From contig JANLRG010000361.1 of NCBI GenBank assembly GCA_031361545.1, forward strand, positions 1-49,568: 49,568 nucleotides of DNA. Direction: 5' to 3'. This DNA is from Bacteroidota bacterium. Lineage in GTDB: Bacteria; Bacteroidota; Bacteroidia; AKYH767-A; 2013-40CM-41-45. The notes under the pieces are model-generated. The model did no database searches and was not told where the DNA came from. It saw only the letters and a program-made list of their open reading frames with translations. How positions within the stretch are numbered: position 1 is the stretch's first letter; each line of letters starts with the position of its first letter. A program made the position numbers and the translations under genes. Shown here piece after piece: positions 10,286 to 21,344 of the stretch.

Positions 10286-10675
10286 AATTGAGAATGGAAA
10301 AATGATGATTGAGAATGTTGAGCGAGAATTTTTAAATGAGACTTGAGGATGTTCATTGAGAATTGAAAATGATGATTGAATAATGAGAACTTTAGAATAG
10401 CTTTTATTCCTGAAATTCTTAAACAACGTTCTTCATTCAGGAGCTAAAATTAAATTATTTTGAAAATGATTATTTAGGAATGAAGAACGATCGATTTTTA
10501 TTGTGAGATGGTTATATTGTAGGAACTTGTTAGTGCAAAACAAATAGTTTAATGTACTAAAATTGAACATAAGAAACGAGACAAATAAATTGAAAAATAA
10601 TGATTAAGAATTGAGAATGTGAATTGATGATTGTGAGTTCAACATTGAAAAATTTTAATTGATAATTGAAAATTT
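10286..10675 (+). repeat. Two blocks of degenerate ~7-bp repeats (AATTGAG/AATTGAA/AATGATG) flanking a possible gene relic
   Basis: Blocks at about 10286-10390 and 10588-10675, e.g. attgag aattgaa aatgatg attgaa taatgag and gattaag aattgag aatgtga attgatg; strongly purine-biased on the + strand. Confidence 0.6.
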
Positions 10676-10769
10676 ACTGACCTTAAGACCAAAGGGTAAT
10701 TGCTATTCACCAAAAATAATTATTTTCAAAGTTGTGATTAGTTCAAGATACTGAATCTAATCTTTACAC

Positions 10770-10777
10770 TATATTTG
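10770..10777 (+). promoter_or_regulatory. -7 box 5 nt before ATG (candidate leaderless promoter)
   Basis: TATATTTG-ttccg-ATG(10783). Confidence 0.55.
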
Positions 10778-10782
10778 TTCCG

Positions 10783-12123
10783 ATGGCTGCGACACTCGAT
10801 CGAAAAGTTACTTTGGTACAAGCTACTGCACTCAACATGATTGACATGGTTGGGATCGGTCCGTTTGTCGTCCTTCCCTTGGTAATTCAGAAAATGGGCG
10901 GTCCACATTTTTTATTAGCATGGATTGTAGGTGCAGTACTTTCATTAATTGACGGATTGGTGTGGGCCGAACTTGGAGCAGCCTATCCCTTCGCTGGTGG
11001 AAGTTATAATTTTCTGAAAGAATCTTACGGAAAAAAATGGGGAAAGCTTATGTCCTTCCTCTATGTTTGGCAAACGATGTTGCAAGCTCCATTGGTTGCA
11101 GCAAGTGGTGCCATTGGTTTTGCTGAAACAGCATCGTTCTTATTCAATATTAATACTCTTCAGCAAAAATTAATTTCCGGATCTGTTATCATCTTACTCA
11201 CTTTTCTTCTCTATAGAAAAATTCAAACAGTAGGAAAAATTGGAGTGGTGATGTGGGTAGTTGTCCTTGCAACTTTATTATGGATCATCATTGGTGGAGC
11301 TACACACCATACAATCTCCAACGACTATTTTGGATCTATTGGGTCAATCCCTTTAAGTTTGTTTTTCACCTCTCTAGGATTCGCTTCGGTGAAAACAATT
11401 TATAGCTTCCTTGGTTATTATAATGTTTGTCACCTCGGTGGAGAAATAAAATCACCGGAGAAAAATATTCCACGAAGTATTTTTATTTCTATCATTGGAA
11501 TTGCCACACTTTACTTATGTATGAACATTAGTGTTGTTAGCGTAATCCCATGGCAAGAAGCACAAAACTCAAAATTTATTATCAGCACTTTCATAGAAAA
11601 AATTTACGGTCATCAAGCAGCCATTGTTGTTACAGTAATGATTTTAATCGTTGCGCTCTCCTCTGTATTTGCCGTCATTCTTGGTTATTCCAGAATACCT
11701 TATGCCGCAGCTGCCGATGGAAATTTCTTTCCAATATTTGCTAGAATCCATTCCAAAAAACATTTCCCGCATATTAGTTTGTTGTTTATATGTGCTCTCG
11801 GATTCTGTTTTAGTCTGCTCCTTCGACTAAGTGAAGTGATTAGTGCAATTTTAGCCATGAGGATTCTTGTGCAATTTATAGGGCAAGCTATCGGATTAAT
11901 CATGCTCCGTAAAAGAAAAGGTGTAAGTAGTCTGCCATTCAAAATGCCTCTCTATCCGCTTCCTCCAATTCTCGCTATCATCATCTGGTTCTTTGTTTTT
12001 CTTTCCACTGGAAAAGAATTCGCTATCTCTGGAATTATTGTGATAGGTTTGGGAGTTATTGCTTATTTTTCTGCTATACGATTTAAATTATTTGAAAAGA
12101 AAAAAATCAACTCATCACCATGA
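10783..12123 (+). CDS. APC-family amino acid/amine permease
   Basis: About 12 TM helices; MVGIGPF, WAELGAAYPFAGGSY, GGEIKSPEKNIPRSI. Confidence 0.9.
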   Translation: MAATLDRKVTLVQATALNMIDMVGIGPFVVLPLVIQKMGGPHFLLAWIVGAVLSLIDGLVWAELGAAYPFAGGSYNFLKESYGKKWGKLMSFLYVWQTMLQAPLVAASGAIGFAETASFLFNINTLQQKLISGSVIILLTFLLYRKIQTVGKIGVVMWVVVLATLLWIIIGGATHHTISNDYFGSIGSIPLSLFFTSLGFASVKTIYSFLGYYNVCHLGGEIKSPEKNIPRSIFISIIGIATLYLCMNISVVSVIPWQEAQNSKFIISTFIEKIYGHQAAIVVTVMILIVALSSVFAVILGYSRIPYAAAADGNFFPIFARIHSKKHFPHISLLFICALGFCFSLLLRLSEVISAILAMRILVQFIGQAIGLIMLRKRKGVSSLPFKMPLYPLPPILAIIIWFFVFLSTGKEFAISGIIVIGLGVIAYFSAIRFKLFEKKKINSSP

Positions 12124-13010
12124 AAAAAATACTATCGATTGCTTTACTTTTTTTTTCGTTCAATGTTGTCGCCGCAACAATTGATTCAACACGTGTATTG
12201 ATTGTTACTGCTCATCCTGACGATGAGTCTGGATTTGCTGCCACGGTCTATAAAATTACTCATGAAATGGGAGGAGCTGTTGATTTGGCTGTGATTACAA
12301 ATGGCGAAGCAGGCTACAAATATTCTTCTTTGGCAGAATCATATTATCATTTGAAATTAACCAACGAAGAGATTGGAAGAAAATATTTGCCTACCATCAG
12401 AAAAAAAGAATTAATGTTAGCAGGAGATATTATAGGAATTGGAAAATATTTTTTCTTCGACCAACAAGACAATCATTACACTCTCGATGTAGATACTGTC
12501 TTCCGAGAAGTATGGGACGTTGTAGGAATTAAAAGAAGACTTACTGATATTCTTTCTAAAGGAAATTATGATTTTATTTTTTGTTTACTTCCCACTCCTG
12601 ATACTCACGGCCATCACAAAGGTGCTACAATTTTAGCCTTACAAACAGTGAGCGAAATGCAGCTGATTAAAAAACCAATTATTCTTGGAGCAAGCGTAAG
12701 TAGCTTGAACGATTCCACTTCGACAAAATTTACTTCTCTTCCTGCTTTTCCAATTACAAGAATTTCCTCTGATTCATCAAGTTTTTCATTCGACAGAAAT
12801 GAATCTTTCGGATTTAAGAATGCTCTCAACTATAAAATAATTGTGAATTGGGAAATTGCTGAACACAAATCACAAGGCTCGATGCAAACTTATATGGGAC
12901 GCGGCGATTTTGAAAATTTTTGGTATTTCGATATGAACCCAAGCGGCGGTAAAGACAAAGCAGAAAAACTTTTTCGTGAGTTAAAAGAAAAAAAATATAA
13001 CGGATACTAA
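12120..13010 (+). CDS. Exported PIG-L/LmbE-family deacetylase
   Basis: Signal peptide; AHPDDE, TNGEAG, HGHH, EHKSQ; ATGA overlap with the permease. Confidence 0.85.
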   Translation: MKKILSIALLFFSFNVVAATIDSTRVLIVTAHPDDESGFAATVYKITHEMGGAVDLAVITNGEAGYKYSSLAESYYHLKLTNEEIGRKYLPTIRKKELMLAGDIIGIGKYFFFDQQDNHYTLDVDTVFREVWDVVGIKRRLTDILSKGNYDFIFCLLPTPDTHGHHKGATILALQTVSEMQLIKKPIILGASVSSLNDSTSTKFTSLPAFPITRISSDSSSFSFDRNESFGFKNALNYKIIVNWEIAEHKSQGSMQTYMGRGDFENFWYFDMNPSGGKDKAEKLFRELKEKKYNGY

Positions 13011-13011
13011 T

Positions 13012-13050
13012 AACTACTAGCCGGAATGAAAATCATTCCGGCTAGTAGTT
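13012..13050. terminator. Hairpin between convergent genes (probable bidirectional terminator)
   Basis: Perfect 18-bp stem aactactagccggaatga-aaa-tcattccggctagtagtt. Confidence 0.85.
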
Positions 13051-13052
13051 TA

Positions 13053-13754
13053 TTAAAAACGATAACCTAAGCATAAACCAGCGCCTCGAAAAGCGACTGG
13101 TAAACTATAACTTATAGAAGCTGAAGTTGAGTTAACTTCGTAACTTAACGTTCCCGGTATATTTCCTTTTGTATCTTCCATACTCGATTTTATATCTGCA
13201 ATATCACTTGGACTAAAATCACCATATCCAGTAAAGGTTGATTTATTACTTCCTACACCCGCGCCCATTATCCACCAATCAAGTGTGAAGTGTTCTCCAA
13301 GTGTCCATTGGGATCCTATCATCAATCCCACGACTATTGTTTTCATCTCTCCTGCCAAATAAACAGTTTGTGTTTGATTCGTTGAGGTGTTCGTATAATC
13401 TATCCCTACTTTTTCTACTGAATATTTTGAATACCTAATGTAAGGTGCTAAATAAAATCCTTTAGGTGCTTTCCCAGAAAAATAATAACGGTACTCAGGT
13501 GTAAATGAAAAGCCTGAAAAAGAAAGTCCATCCAAATTACCAGTAGAATCCTGACTTGTTATTGCTGTGGGTAAATTTCGTGAAGGCAGATAAGATGCGC
13601 CAAAACACAACGATGAATGATCGCTAATCTTATGTTCAAATTGTAAAGAAAAATTGCCAACAAATAAAGAGAATAAATTCAGTTTAATTTGATTGTCTTG
13701 TGCTTGTACAAAAATAGAAGCAAAGATTAAACAGAGAGTAATTGTTTTTTTCAT
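13053..13754 (-). CDS. DUF3575-like outer-membrane beta-barrel protein
   Basis: Signal peptide; IKLNL..GNFSLQFE, FTPEYRYYF, GFYLAPY; C-terminal LGYRF. Confidence 0.75.
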   Translation of the reverse strand: MKKTITLCLIFASIFVQAQDNQIKLNLFSLFVGNFSLQFEHKISDHSSLCFGASYLPSRNLPTAITSQDSTGNLDGLSFSGFSFTPEYRYYFSGKAPKGFYLAPYIRYSKYSVEKVGIDYTNTSTNQTQTVYLAGEMKTIVVGLMIGSQWTLGEHFTLDWWIMGAGVGSNKSTFTGYGDFSPSDIADIKSSMEDTKGNIPGTLSYEVNSTSASISYSLPVAFRGAGLCLGYRF

Positions 13755-13892
13755 AGTGATATGGTTAATGTTAGAAATAGATAATTAGAATTTAACTTTA
13801 GAAATGCGGATGAAATTAGCTAGATGATTCGAATTATCCTAACTTATTCATCAACAAATTATATCTTTGATTTAATAATAAAATAAAGCAAA

Positions 13893-14882
13893 ATGGAATA
13901 TAGAAGATTAGGAAAATCTGGACTGCAATTAAGTGCACTTTCATTAGGATCATGGTTGACATTTGGGAAACAAATAGAAAATAATATTGCTGACGAATTA
14001 ATGTCTGTTGCCTATGAACATGGAATTAATTTTTTCGACAATGCAGAAATTTACGCTCGAGGACGTGCTGAAATCGTAATGGGTAATATTCTAAAACAAA
14101 AAAATTGGGATCGATCTTCTTTTGTCGTTTCAAGCAAATTGTTTTTTGGTTTGAATGGCGACAACTCAAAACCAAATGAGAGAGGGTTGTCAAAAAAACA
14201 TATTATTGATGGATGTCATGCTTCGATGAAAAGATTACAAGTTGAATATATTGATCTATTGTATTGTCATCGTCCCGATAAAAATACCCCAATCGAAGAA
14301 ACTGTTTGGGCCATGAACTCTCTCATTCAACAGGGTAAAATTTTATATTGGGGGACTTCTGAATGGAGCGCGAGTGAAATTATGGAAGCTATGTGGGCCG
14401 CAGAAAAAAATCATTTAATTGGTCCAACGATGGAACAACCGCAATACAATATGATTGTCAGAGAGAAAATGGAAAAAGAATATCTCCACCTTTTCAAACA
14501 TCATGGTCTTGGAACAACTATTTGGTCTCCTCTTGCTTCAGGAATTCTCACTGGTAAATATAGCGGCTCACAACCTACCGATACTCGTCTCAACATTGAA
14601 GGAATGGATTGGTTAAAAAGCAGATTGTTGGTCGAAGAAAATTTAAAAAAAGTTGATCAAACAAAAATAATTGCAGATGAACTGTCAACGACTTTACCTT
14701 TATTAGGAATAGCTTGGTGTTTAAAAAATTCAAATGTTAGCTCTGTAATTCTTGGTGCAAGTAAAGTAACTCAACTAAAGGAAAATTTATCTGCTATAAA
14801 TATTCTTTCTAAATTAACACCAGAAGTAATGGAGAAAATAGATTTAATTTGGGAAACAAAACCTCTTCAACCAGAATTTTAA
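13893..14882 (+). CDS. Aldo/keto reductase (Kv-beta-like subfamily)
   Basis: MEYRRLGKSGL.LS.LSLGSWLTFG, FDNAEIY, YCHRPD, WGTSEWSA; TATCTTTG -7 box at 13862-13869. Confidence 0.9.
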   Translation: MEYRRLGKSGLQLSALSLGSWLTFGKQIENNIADELMSVAYEHGINFFDNAEIYARGRAEIVMGNILKQKNWDRSSFVVSSKLFFGLNGDNSKPNERGLSKKHIIDGCHASMKRLQVEYIDLLYCHRPDKNTPIEETVWAMNSLIQQGKILYWGTSEWSASEIMEAMWAAEKNHLIGPTMEQPQYNMIVREKMEKEYLHLFKHHGLGTTIWSPLASGILTGKYSGSQPTDTRLNIEGMDWLKSRLLVEENLKKVDQTKIIADELSTTLPLLGIAWCLKNSNVSSVILGASKVTQLKENLSAINILSKLTPEVMEKIDLIWETKPLQPEF

Positions 14883-14894
14883 AAATTGATTCAC

Positions 14895-14932
14895 AAAAAA
14901 ACGCCTTCACTAAAAGTAGTGAAGGCGTTTTT
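14895..14932. terminator. Bidirectional Rho-independent terminator
   Basis: aaaaacgccttcacta-aaag-tagtgaaggcgttttt between convergent genes. Confidence 0.9.
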
Positions 14933-14946
14933 AATTTTTCATTTTT

Positions 14947-15444
14947 TCAATGTTCATCAGCAGAAGGTCCGTATGCTCCAGGAACAGGAATATCTAACAA
15001 TCTAAGATAAACTGATAATTGTCCGCGGTGATGTATAATGTGATTCATCACCATGTCGCGCATCACTATAGCTTTTGGTTGTGAAAAATAAATTTGTTCT
15101 CCATTACGAAGTGTCCACTGTTTTGTCATTTCTTCCTCATTCACATTTTCCAGTGCTGCTATTGCCTCGTCATTTTTCAATTTGAAAAAAGAAACTAATT
15201 CTTCAGTCGTATTCATCACAGGATTTGGGGTGTACGCTTTTGAAAAATCTAACTCAACAGTTTTGATTGTCATCGTTGCCCATTCACTCATCTCTGCTAC
15301 GTGACGCGCCAACCTTTCTAGTGTCATTGACTTTTCATGAGGCTTCCATGTTGCTTTTTCCATTGGTACACGCTCTAACATTTTTTGTGTTTTTACTGCT
15401 TCATGTTTCATCTCTGCAGCAAATGTTTTTGCACTTGTCATCAT
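14947..15444 (-). CDS. DinB-family protein
   Basis: WKPHEKSM.L..LA.H, NHIIHHRGQLSVYLRLLDIPVPGAYGPSADE. Confidence 0.9.
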   Translation of the reverse strand: MMTSAKTFAAEMKHEAVKTQKMLERVPMEKATWKPHEKSMTLERLARHVAEMSEWATMTIKTVELDFSKAYTPNPVMNTTEELVSFFKLKNDEAIAALENVNEEEMTKQWTLRNGEQIYFSQPKAIVMRDMVMNHIIHHRGQLSVYLRLLDIPVPGAYGPSADEH

Positions 15445-15454
15445 TTTATTTTTA

Positions 15455-17233
15455 TTATTTCTTTTTTGAATTGATCCAGTTGTTTACTTCTTTTTCAAAG
15501 ATGTCAATTGGCAAACAACCATTAATTAACACTTCGTCATGAAATGACTTAATGTCAAAATTGTCTCCTAATTCTTTTTCAGCCTTAGCTCTCAATTCAA
15601 GAATTTTCATTTGACCAATCTTATAAGCCAATGCTTGCCCTGGAATTGCCATATATCTTTCTATTTCCGCAGTAATATCTGCTTCGCTTTCTGCTTCATT
15701 ATCTAATGAAAATTTTATTGCCTCTTCTCTTGTCATCCCTTTCATGTGCATGCCAACATCTACAACCAATCGAATTGCTCTGTGCATTTCTTCACTCAAA
15801 CTTCCAAAGTATTGATAAGGGTCGGAATACAAACCTAGCTCTTTGCCCAACGACTCAGTGTATAAAGCCCATCCTTCTCCATAGGCGCCATACCAACCGA
15901 ACCTTCTAAACTTAGGCAGATCATCATTCTCTTGCTGAATGGAGGTTTGATAATGATGTCCTGGAATTGCTTCATGTAAAAATAAATCTTCCATTAGTAC
16001 AACATTTGATTTTGTTGCATCTATCACTGGCACATAAAAAATTCCGGGACGCGATCCATCTGGTGCAGCTTGAATATATTCTGCACTTGCCGATGCTTCT
16101 CTGAATTTTTCAGTTTGTCTGATTTCAAATTTTGCCTTTGGTACTAAATTGAAAAGTTTTTTTAGTTGCGGTTGCATCTTCATTTCAATTGCACGATAAG
16201 CATTGATGACATCGCTATCTTGTTTAAAGGGCATGAACTGTTTGTCAGTGTGAATGAAAGTAAAAAATTCTTTCATTGTTCCTTTGAAGCCTGTTTGGAT
16301 TTTTACTTTTTCCATTTCACTTCTCAACCGAGCAACTTCTTTTTGCCCTATTTCAAAAATTTCATCAGGCGTAAGATTTGTTGTCGTCCAGAATTTTGCA
16401 AGATAAGCATACAACTCTTTTCCCTCAGGAATAGCACTAATTCCAGCTGTTGTTCTACACTTCGGAAGATATTCAACTTTAATAAAATTGAAGAGTTTTT
16501 GATAAGCCGGAACCACTTCACTTGAAATGGCTGTTTCATAAAGTGCTGTTAACCGATTTTTATCTTCTGTACTAAATGAAGTTGGGAATTTTTTTATCGG
16601 TCCATAAAAAACACTTTGCTTCGGATCTTTCACTATGATTCCTTGTAGTTGAGGAAGTACTCTTTCCATTAATATTTTGGACTGAACCATCCCTAAAGAC
16701 ATTCCGCGTTTCATATTGCTAATGGTTGTATCAACATATCCAGTGAAGTCATGAATCCTACCTAAAAAATCATCATAGTCTTTTATAGTTTTGAAAGGTT
16801 GGTTGCCACTTCCAGAACCTAAAAGAGGAAATGTAAGATGCATGCCCCAAAACTGATTGATTGGAATTAAGTTGTCATGGAATTTTAATCCTTCAATCTG
16901 CATTTCCATTTCACGAACCATAATGTCATAACTTAACACCGATTGTCCACTCAAAGTTTGTCTATCTACTTTGCCAAGCTCTTCCTTGTATTTAACATAG
17001 AAGACCTTTGTTTTAGCTCGATAGGAGTCTGAAAGATCGCACGGTAAAATATTGTTGTAACGATTATCGGCTATTGCAGTTGCCTCTAATGGAAAAAGTT
17101 TTAGCCGTTCCTCGTAATAATTATTTAAAAGTGAATCTAAAACGGAATTGTTATTTTCTGTCTTCATTTCCTTTTTTAAATTACAGGATAAAATTGAAAT
17201 AAATAGAACGATGGAATAGCATGTCTTTTTCAT
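15455..17233 (-). CDS. DUF885-family lipoprotein (putative metallopeptidase)
   Basis: Lipobox ILSC; FLHEAIPGHHYQ, EGWALYTE, PGQALAYKIG. Confidence 0.9.
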   Translation of the reverse strand: MKKTCYSIVLFISILSCNLKKEMKTENNNSVLDSLLNNYYEERLKLFPLEATAIADNRYNNILPCDLSDSYRAKTKVFYVKYKEELGKVDRQTLSGQSVLSYDIMVREMEMQIEGLKFHDNLIPINQFWGMHLTFPLLGSGSGNQPFKTIKDYDDFLGRIHDFTGYVDTTISNMKRGMSLGMVQSKILMERVLPQLQGIIVKDPKQSVFYGPIKKFPTSFSTEDKNRLTALYETAISSEVVPAYQKLFNFIKVEYLPKCRTTAGISAIPEGKELYAYLAKFWTTTNLTPDEIFEIGQKEVARLRSEMEKVKIQTGFKGTMKEFFTFIHTDKQFMPFKQDSDVINAYRAIEMKMQPQLKKLFNLVPKAKFEIRQTEKFREASASAEYIQAAPDGSRPGIFYVPVIDATKSNVVLMEDLFLHEAIPGHHYQTSIQQENDDLPKFRRFGWYGAYGEGWALYTESLGKELGLYSDPYQYFGSLSEEMHRAIRLVVDVGMHMKGMTREEAIKFSLDNEAESEADITAEIERYMAIPGQALAYKIGQMKILELRAKAEKELGDNFDIKSFHDEVLINGCLPIDIFEKEVNNWINSKKK

Positions 17234-17346
17234 AGTGATAATAATATGGACGAAGATAATGTTAAAATAATTATTCCGTAATATTATTTAGGTGAATTGA
17301 GCAAAATGTATAAGAGTTGATGACTGTGACTGTTAGAGGTGCGTCT

Positions 17347-17554
17347 TTCGTCGATTTGTAAATGCTTGCTCAAATTAAATTTACTTTTCGATTGCTACTA
17401 ATTCGTCGATTTATATAGACATACTCTGTTTGATAATTCACTTTTCGTTTACTACTAACAAGTTCCCGTTGGGATGACGGTCACTGATAGCGGTGTGTCT
17501 TTCGTCGGCCTGCATAATCCATTCTAATAATAATCGTTTTCCATGGCCGACGAA
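17347..17554. repeat. Degenerate ~56-bp tandem duplication plus 10-bp inverted repeat upstream of the GIY-YIG gene
   Basis: Units 17347-17401 and 17402-17458 both start ttcgtcgattt and end acttttcg.tt.ctactaa; ttcgtcggcc (17501-17510) pairs with ggccgacgaa (17545-17554). Confidence 0.65.
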
Positions 17555-17613
17555 TGGAAAAATGTTCGCTTATATTGGTTGTGAAAAATACGGGTTCTGT
17601 GTTTCTTTGGAGG

Positions 17614-17889
17614 ATGTACTATACTTATATAACAACTAATCATACACGAAATGTTCTGTATATTGGAATGACAAATAATTTGCAAAGGAGAATTGGGGAG
17701 CATTACAGTAACAGAGGTAATCCAAATACATTTGCAGGGAAATACTTTTGTTATAAATTAATTTATTACGAAATGTTTTCAACTCCTTTGAAAGCAATTC
17801 ATAGAGAAAAAGAAATAAAAAAATTAAATAGAAAAGAAAAATTTGAATTAATAAAAAGCAAGAACCCTTTATTGGGATTCTTGCTGTGA
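17614..17889 (+). CDS. Small stand-alone GIY-YIG nuclease (start uncertain: 17554, 17581 or 17614)
   Basis: YTYITTN..VLYIGMTNNLQRR..EH, KLIYYE.F..AIHREKEIK, NP. Confidence 0.85.
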   Translation: MYYTYITTNHTRNVLYIGMTNNLQRRIGEHYSNRGNPNTFAGKYFCYKLIYYEMFSTPLKAIHREKEIKKLNRKEKFELIKSKNPLLGFLL

Positions 17890-17923
17890 TAAGGTTTTTG
17901 TTACAATATATTTATTGGGAATA

Positions 17924-19567
<1,644 letters not shown>

Positions 19568-19683
19568 TTAATGGGCCGCAAAGATAATGAAAACCTATAG
19601 AACTACACAGGAAAATGACGACAGATCGTAATAAAAATAAAAAATAAATTCACTTTATAAAAGTTTCTCTACTCTTTGAAACG

Positions 19684-20109
19684 CTAATCAAATTCAAGCG
19701 TAACTGTACTTTTAATTGAATTTGAAATTAAACAGTTCTTCTCACTCATTTCAAGCACACGTTTTACTTTGTCATAACTGGTGTGCGAAGGAAAAGTAAC
19801 TTTTGGTTTTAAAACAATTTTTGTCACTTGAAATTTACCATCAACTTTTTCAACCCAACCAATTGCATTACATTCAAAAGAATCATAATCTAATTTCGAA
19901 TTCTCTGCAATAGCAAGAAAGGTTGTCATCAAACAACTATTAACGGCTGCAATCAATAAGTGTTCAGGCGACCAAACCCCTGGCATCCCTTTTGGAAAAT
20001 CCGGCGGTGTTGCAACTTCAATCGTTTGATTCAAAAGTGGTGAAGTCAATTCACCTTTGCGTTCGTTTTTCCACTGAAGATTAACTTCGTACTTGTGATC
20101 GTCTGACAT
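19684..20109 (-). CDS. OsmC-family protein
   Basis: ATPPDF..GVWSPEHLL.AAVNSC..TF; second Cys in KNCLISNS. Confidence 0.85.
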   Translation of the reverse strand: MSDDHKYEVNLQWKNERKGELTSPLLNQTIEVATPPDFPKGMPGVWSPEHLLIAAVNSCLMTTFLAIAENSKLDYDSFECNAIGWVEKVDGKFQVTKIVLKPKVTFPSHTSYDKVKRVLEMSEKNCLISNSIKSTVTLEFD

Positions 20110-20263
20110 AGTAGTGTGAATGAATTTTTAGAAATCGGTATTGCGAAGTTAATCCGAATAAATTTATTTTCAATTGATGGTTTTTATAAATTAAAATGTA
20201 GGTCTTGGGGTTTTGTTGGTCTATATAATATTTATATGAATAAACAATTCTCTTCACATTATC

Positions 20264-21340
20264 CTAAATAAACTTCGCTCCTAGTCCAATTTCATTTCCA
20301 ATAATTATTTTTCCATTGCTTCCATATTCAATTCCTCCGTGAACAGGATCTTCTTCAAACATCAATGGCGTATCAAAGTCAAAATATTTTGCAGCGGAAC
20401 TGCTCAATGCTAAATGCGCAGAAGCTGTAAAACCTAAACGTGATTCTAGAAACCCTCCTACTTGAACATCAATATTATTGTCTTCTGCTATTTTCAAAAT
20501 TTTTAATGCCTTAAAAACTCCTCCCGATTTCCCTAGTTTGATATTAAACATATCACAAGCGTTTATTCGAATCAATCGCTTGGCATCTTTATCATCACAA
20601 CAACTCTCGTCGGCCATAATAGGAATAGAACTTTGATTTTTTATTTCTGGCAGTTCTAAAAAAGAATGTTTATCAATTGGTTCTTCGCAATGCTGGATAT
20701 TGAAATTTTCTAAAGATTTCAAAACATACACGGCGTCTGATTTATTCCAACCTTGATTCGCATCAATCCTTATCGGAATTTCCATTCCAACAGCAGCTCG
20801 AATTTTTTTCATTCTTGCAATGTCATCGTCTGCCGCCCCACCTAACTTCACTTTTATTACGGTGTATCCTTCTGCTTTTATTTTTTGTGCATCTGCAGCC
20901 ATTTTTTCTGCGGATGACAAACTCACTGTGTAGTCTGTAAATATCTCCTTAACATTTTCTCCTCCTAAAAATTTATAAAGTGGGACAGCTTTTTCTCTCG
21001 CCGAAATATCATACATGGCCATATCAAAAGCACTTTTTATTGAAGTGTTGCCAAAAATTATTTTATCCATTAAGGCAATATTCCCTTCTATGTCAAGAAC
21101 ATCAACTCCCAATAAATTTTCTCTTATTATTTTCCCAACAGCAATACATGTTTCAGAAGTTTCGCCATGGATACTTCGAAATGGACTGCATTCTCCAAAT
21201 CCTACCAAGCCACTTTTTGTTTTGATGACGACTGAAACATTGTCTGCATAATCTAAACGTCCGAGTGAAATAATAAAGGGCTCTTTCAACTTTACCTTAA
21301 TGGCTCTTAGTTCGATTTCCTCAATTATTTCTTTAGCCAT
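20264..21340 (-). CDS. Dipeptide (L-Ala-D/L-Glu) epimerase, enolase superfamily
   Basis: KVKLG, RIDANQGW, EEP, ADES, NIKLGKSGG, DFD. Confidence 0.85.
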   Translation of the reverse strand: MAKEIIEEIELRAIKVKLKEPFIISLGRLDYADNVSVVIKTKSGLVGFGECSPFRSIHGETSETCIAVGKIIRENLLGVDVLDIEGNIALMDKIIFGNTSIKSAFDMAMYDISAREKAVPLYKFLGGENVKEIFTDYTVSLSSAEKMAADAQKIKAEGYTVIKVKLGGAADDDIARMKKIRAAVGMEIPIRIDANQGWNKSDAVYVLKSLENFNIQHCEEPIDKHSFLELPEIKNQSSIPIMADESCCDDKDAKRLIRINACDMFNIKLGKSGGVFKALKILKIAEDNNIDVQVGGFLESRLGFTASAHLALSSSAAKYFDFDTPLMFEEDPVHGGIEYGSNGKIIIGNEIGLGAKFI

Positions 21341-21344
21341 AAAT

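Noticed and set aside
10139-10426. 95-aa minus-strand ORF as a possible cbpM
   Set aside because: Wrong strand, overlaps cbpA, and its F/S/I-rich composition just reflects the heptamer repeats.
10286-10675. Repeat blocks as a CRISPR array
   Set aside because: Units are about 7 bp and degenerate, with no constant repeat-spacer period and no cas genes.
17347-17554. Repeats as a mini-CRISPR or IS ends
   Set aside because: Only 2-3 degenerate copies, no transposase, and no matching repeat on the other side of the GIY-YIG gene.
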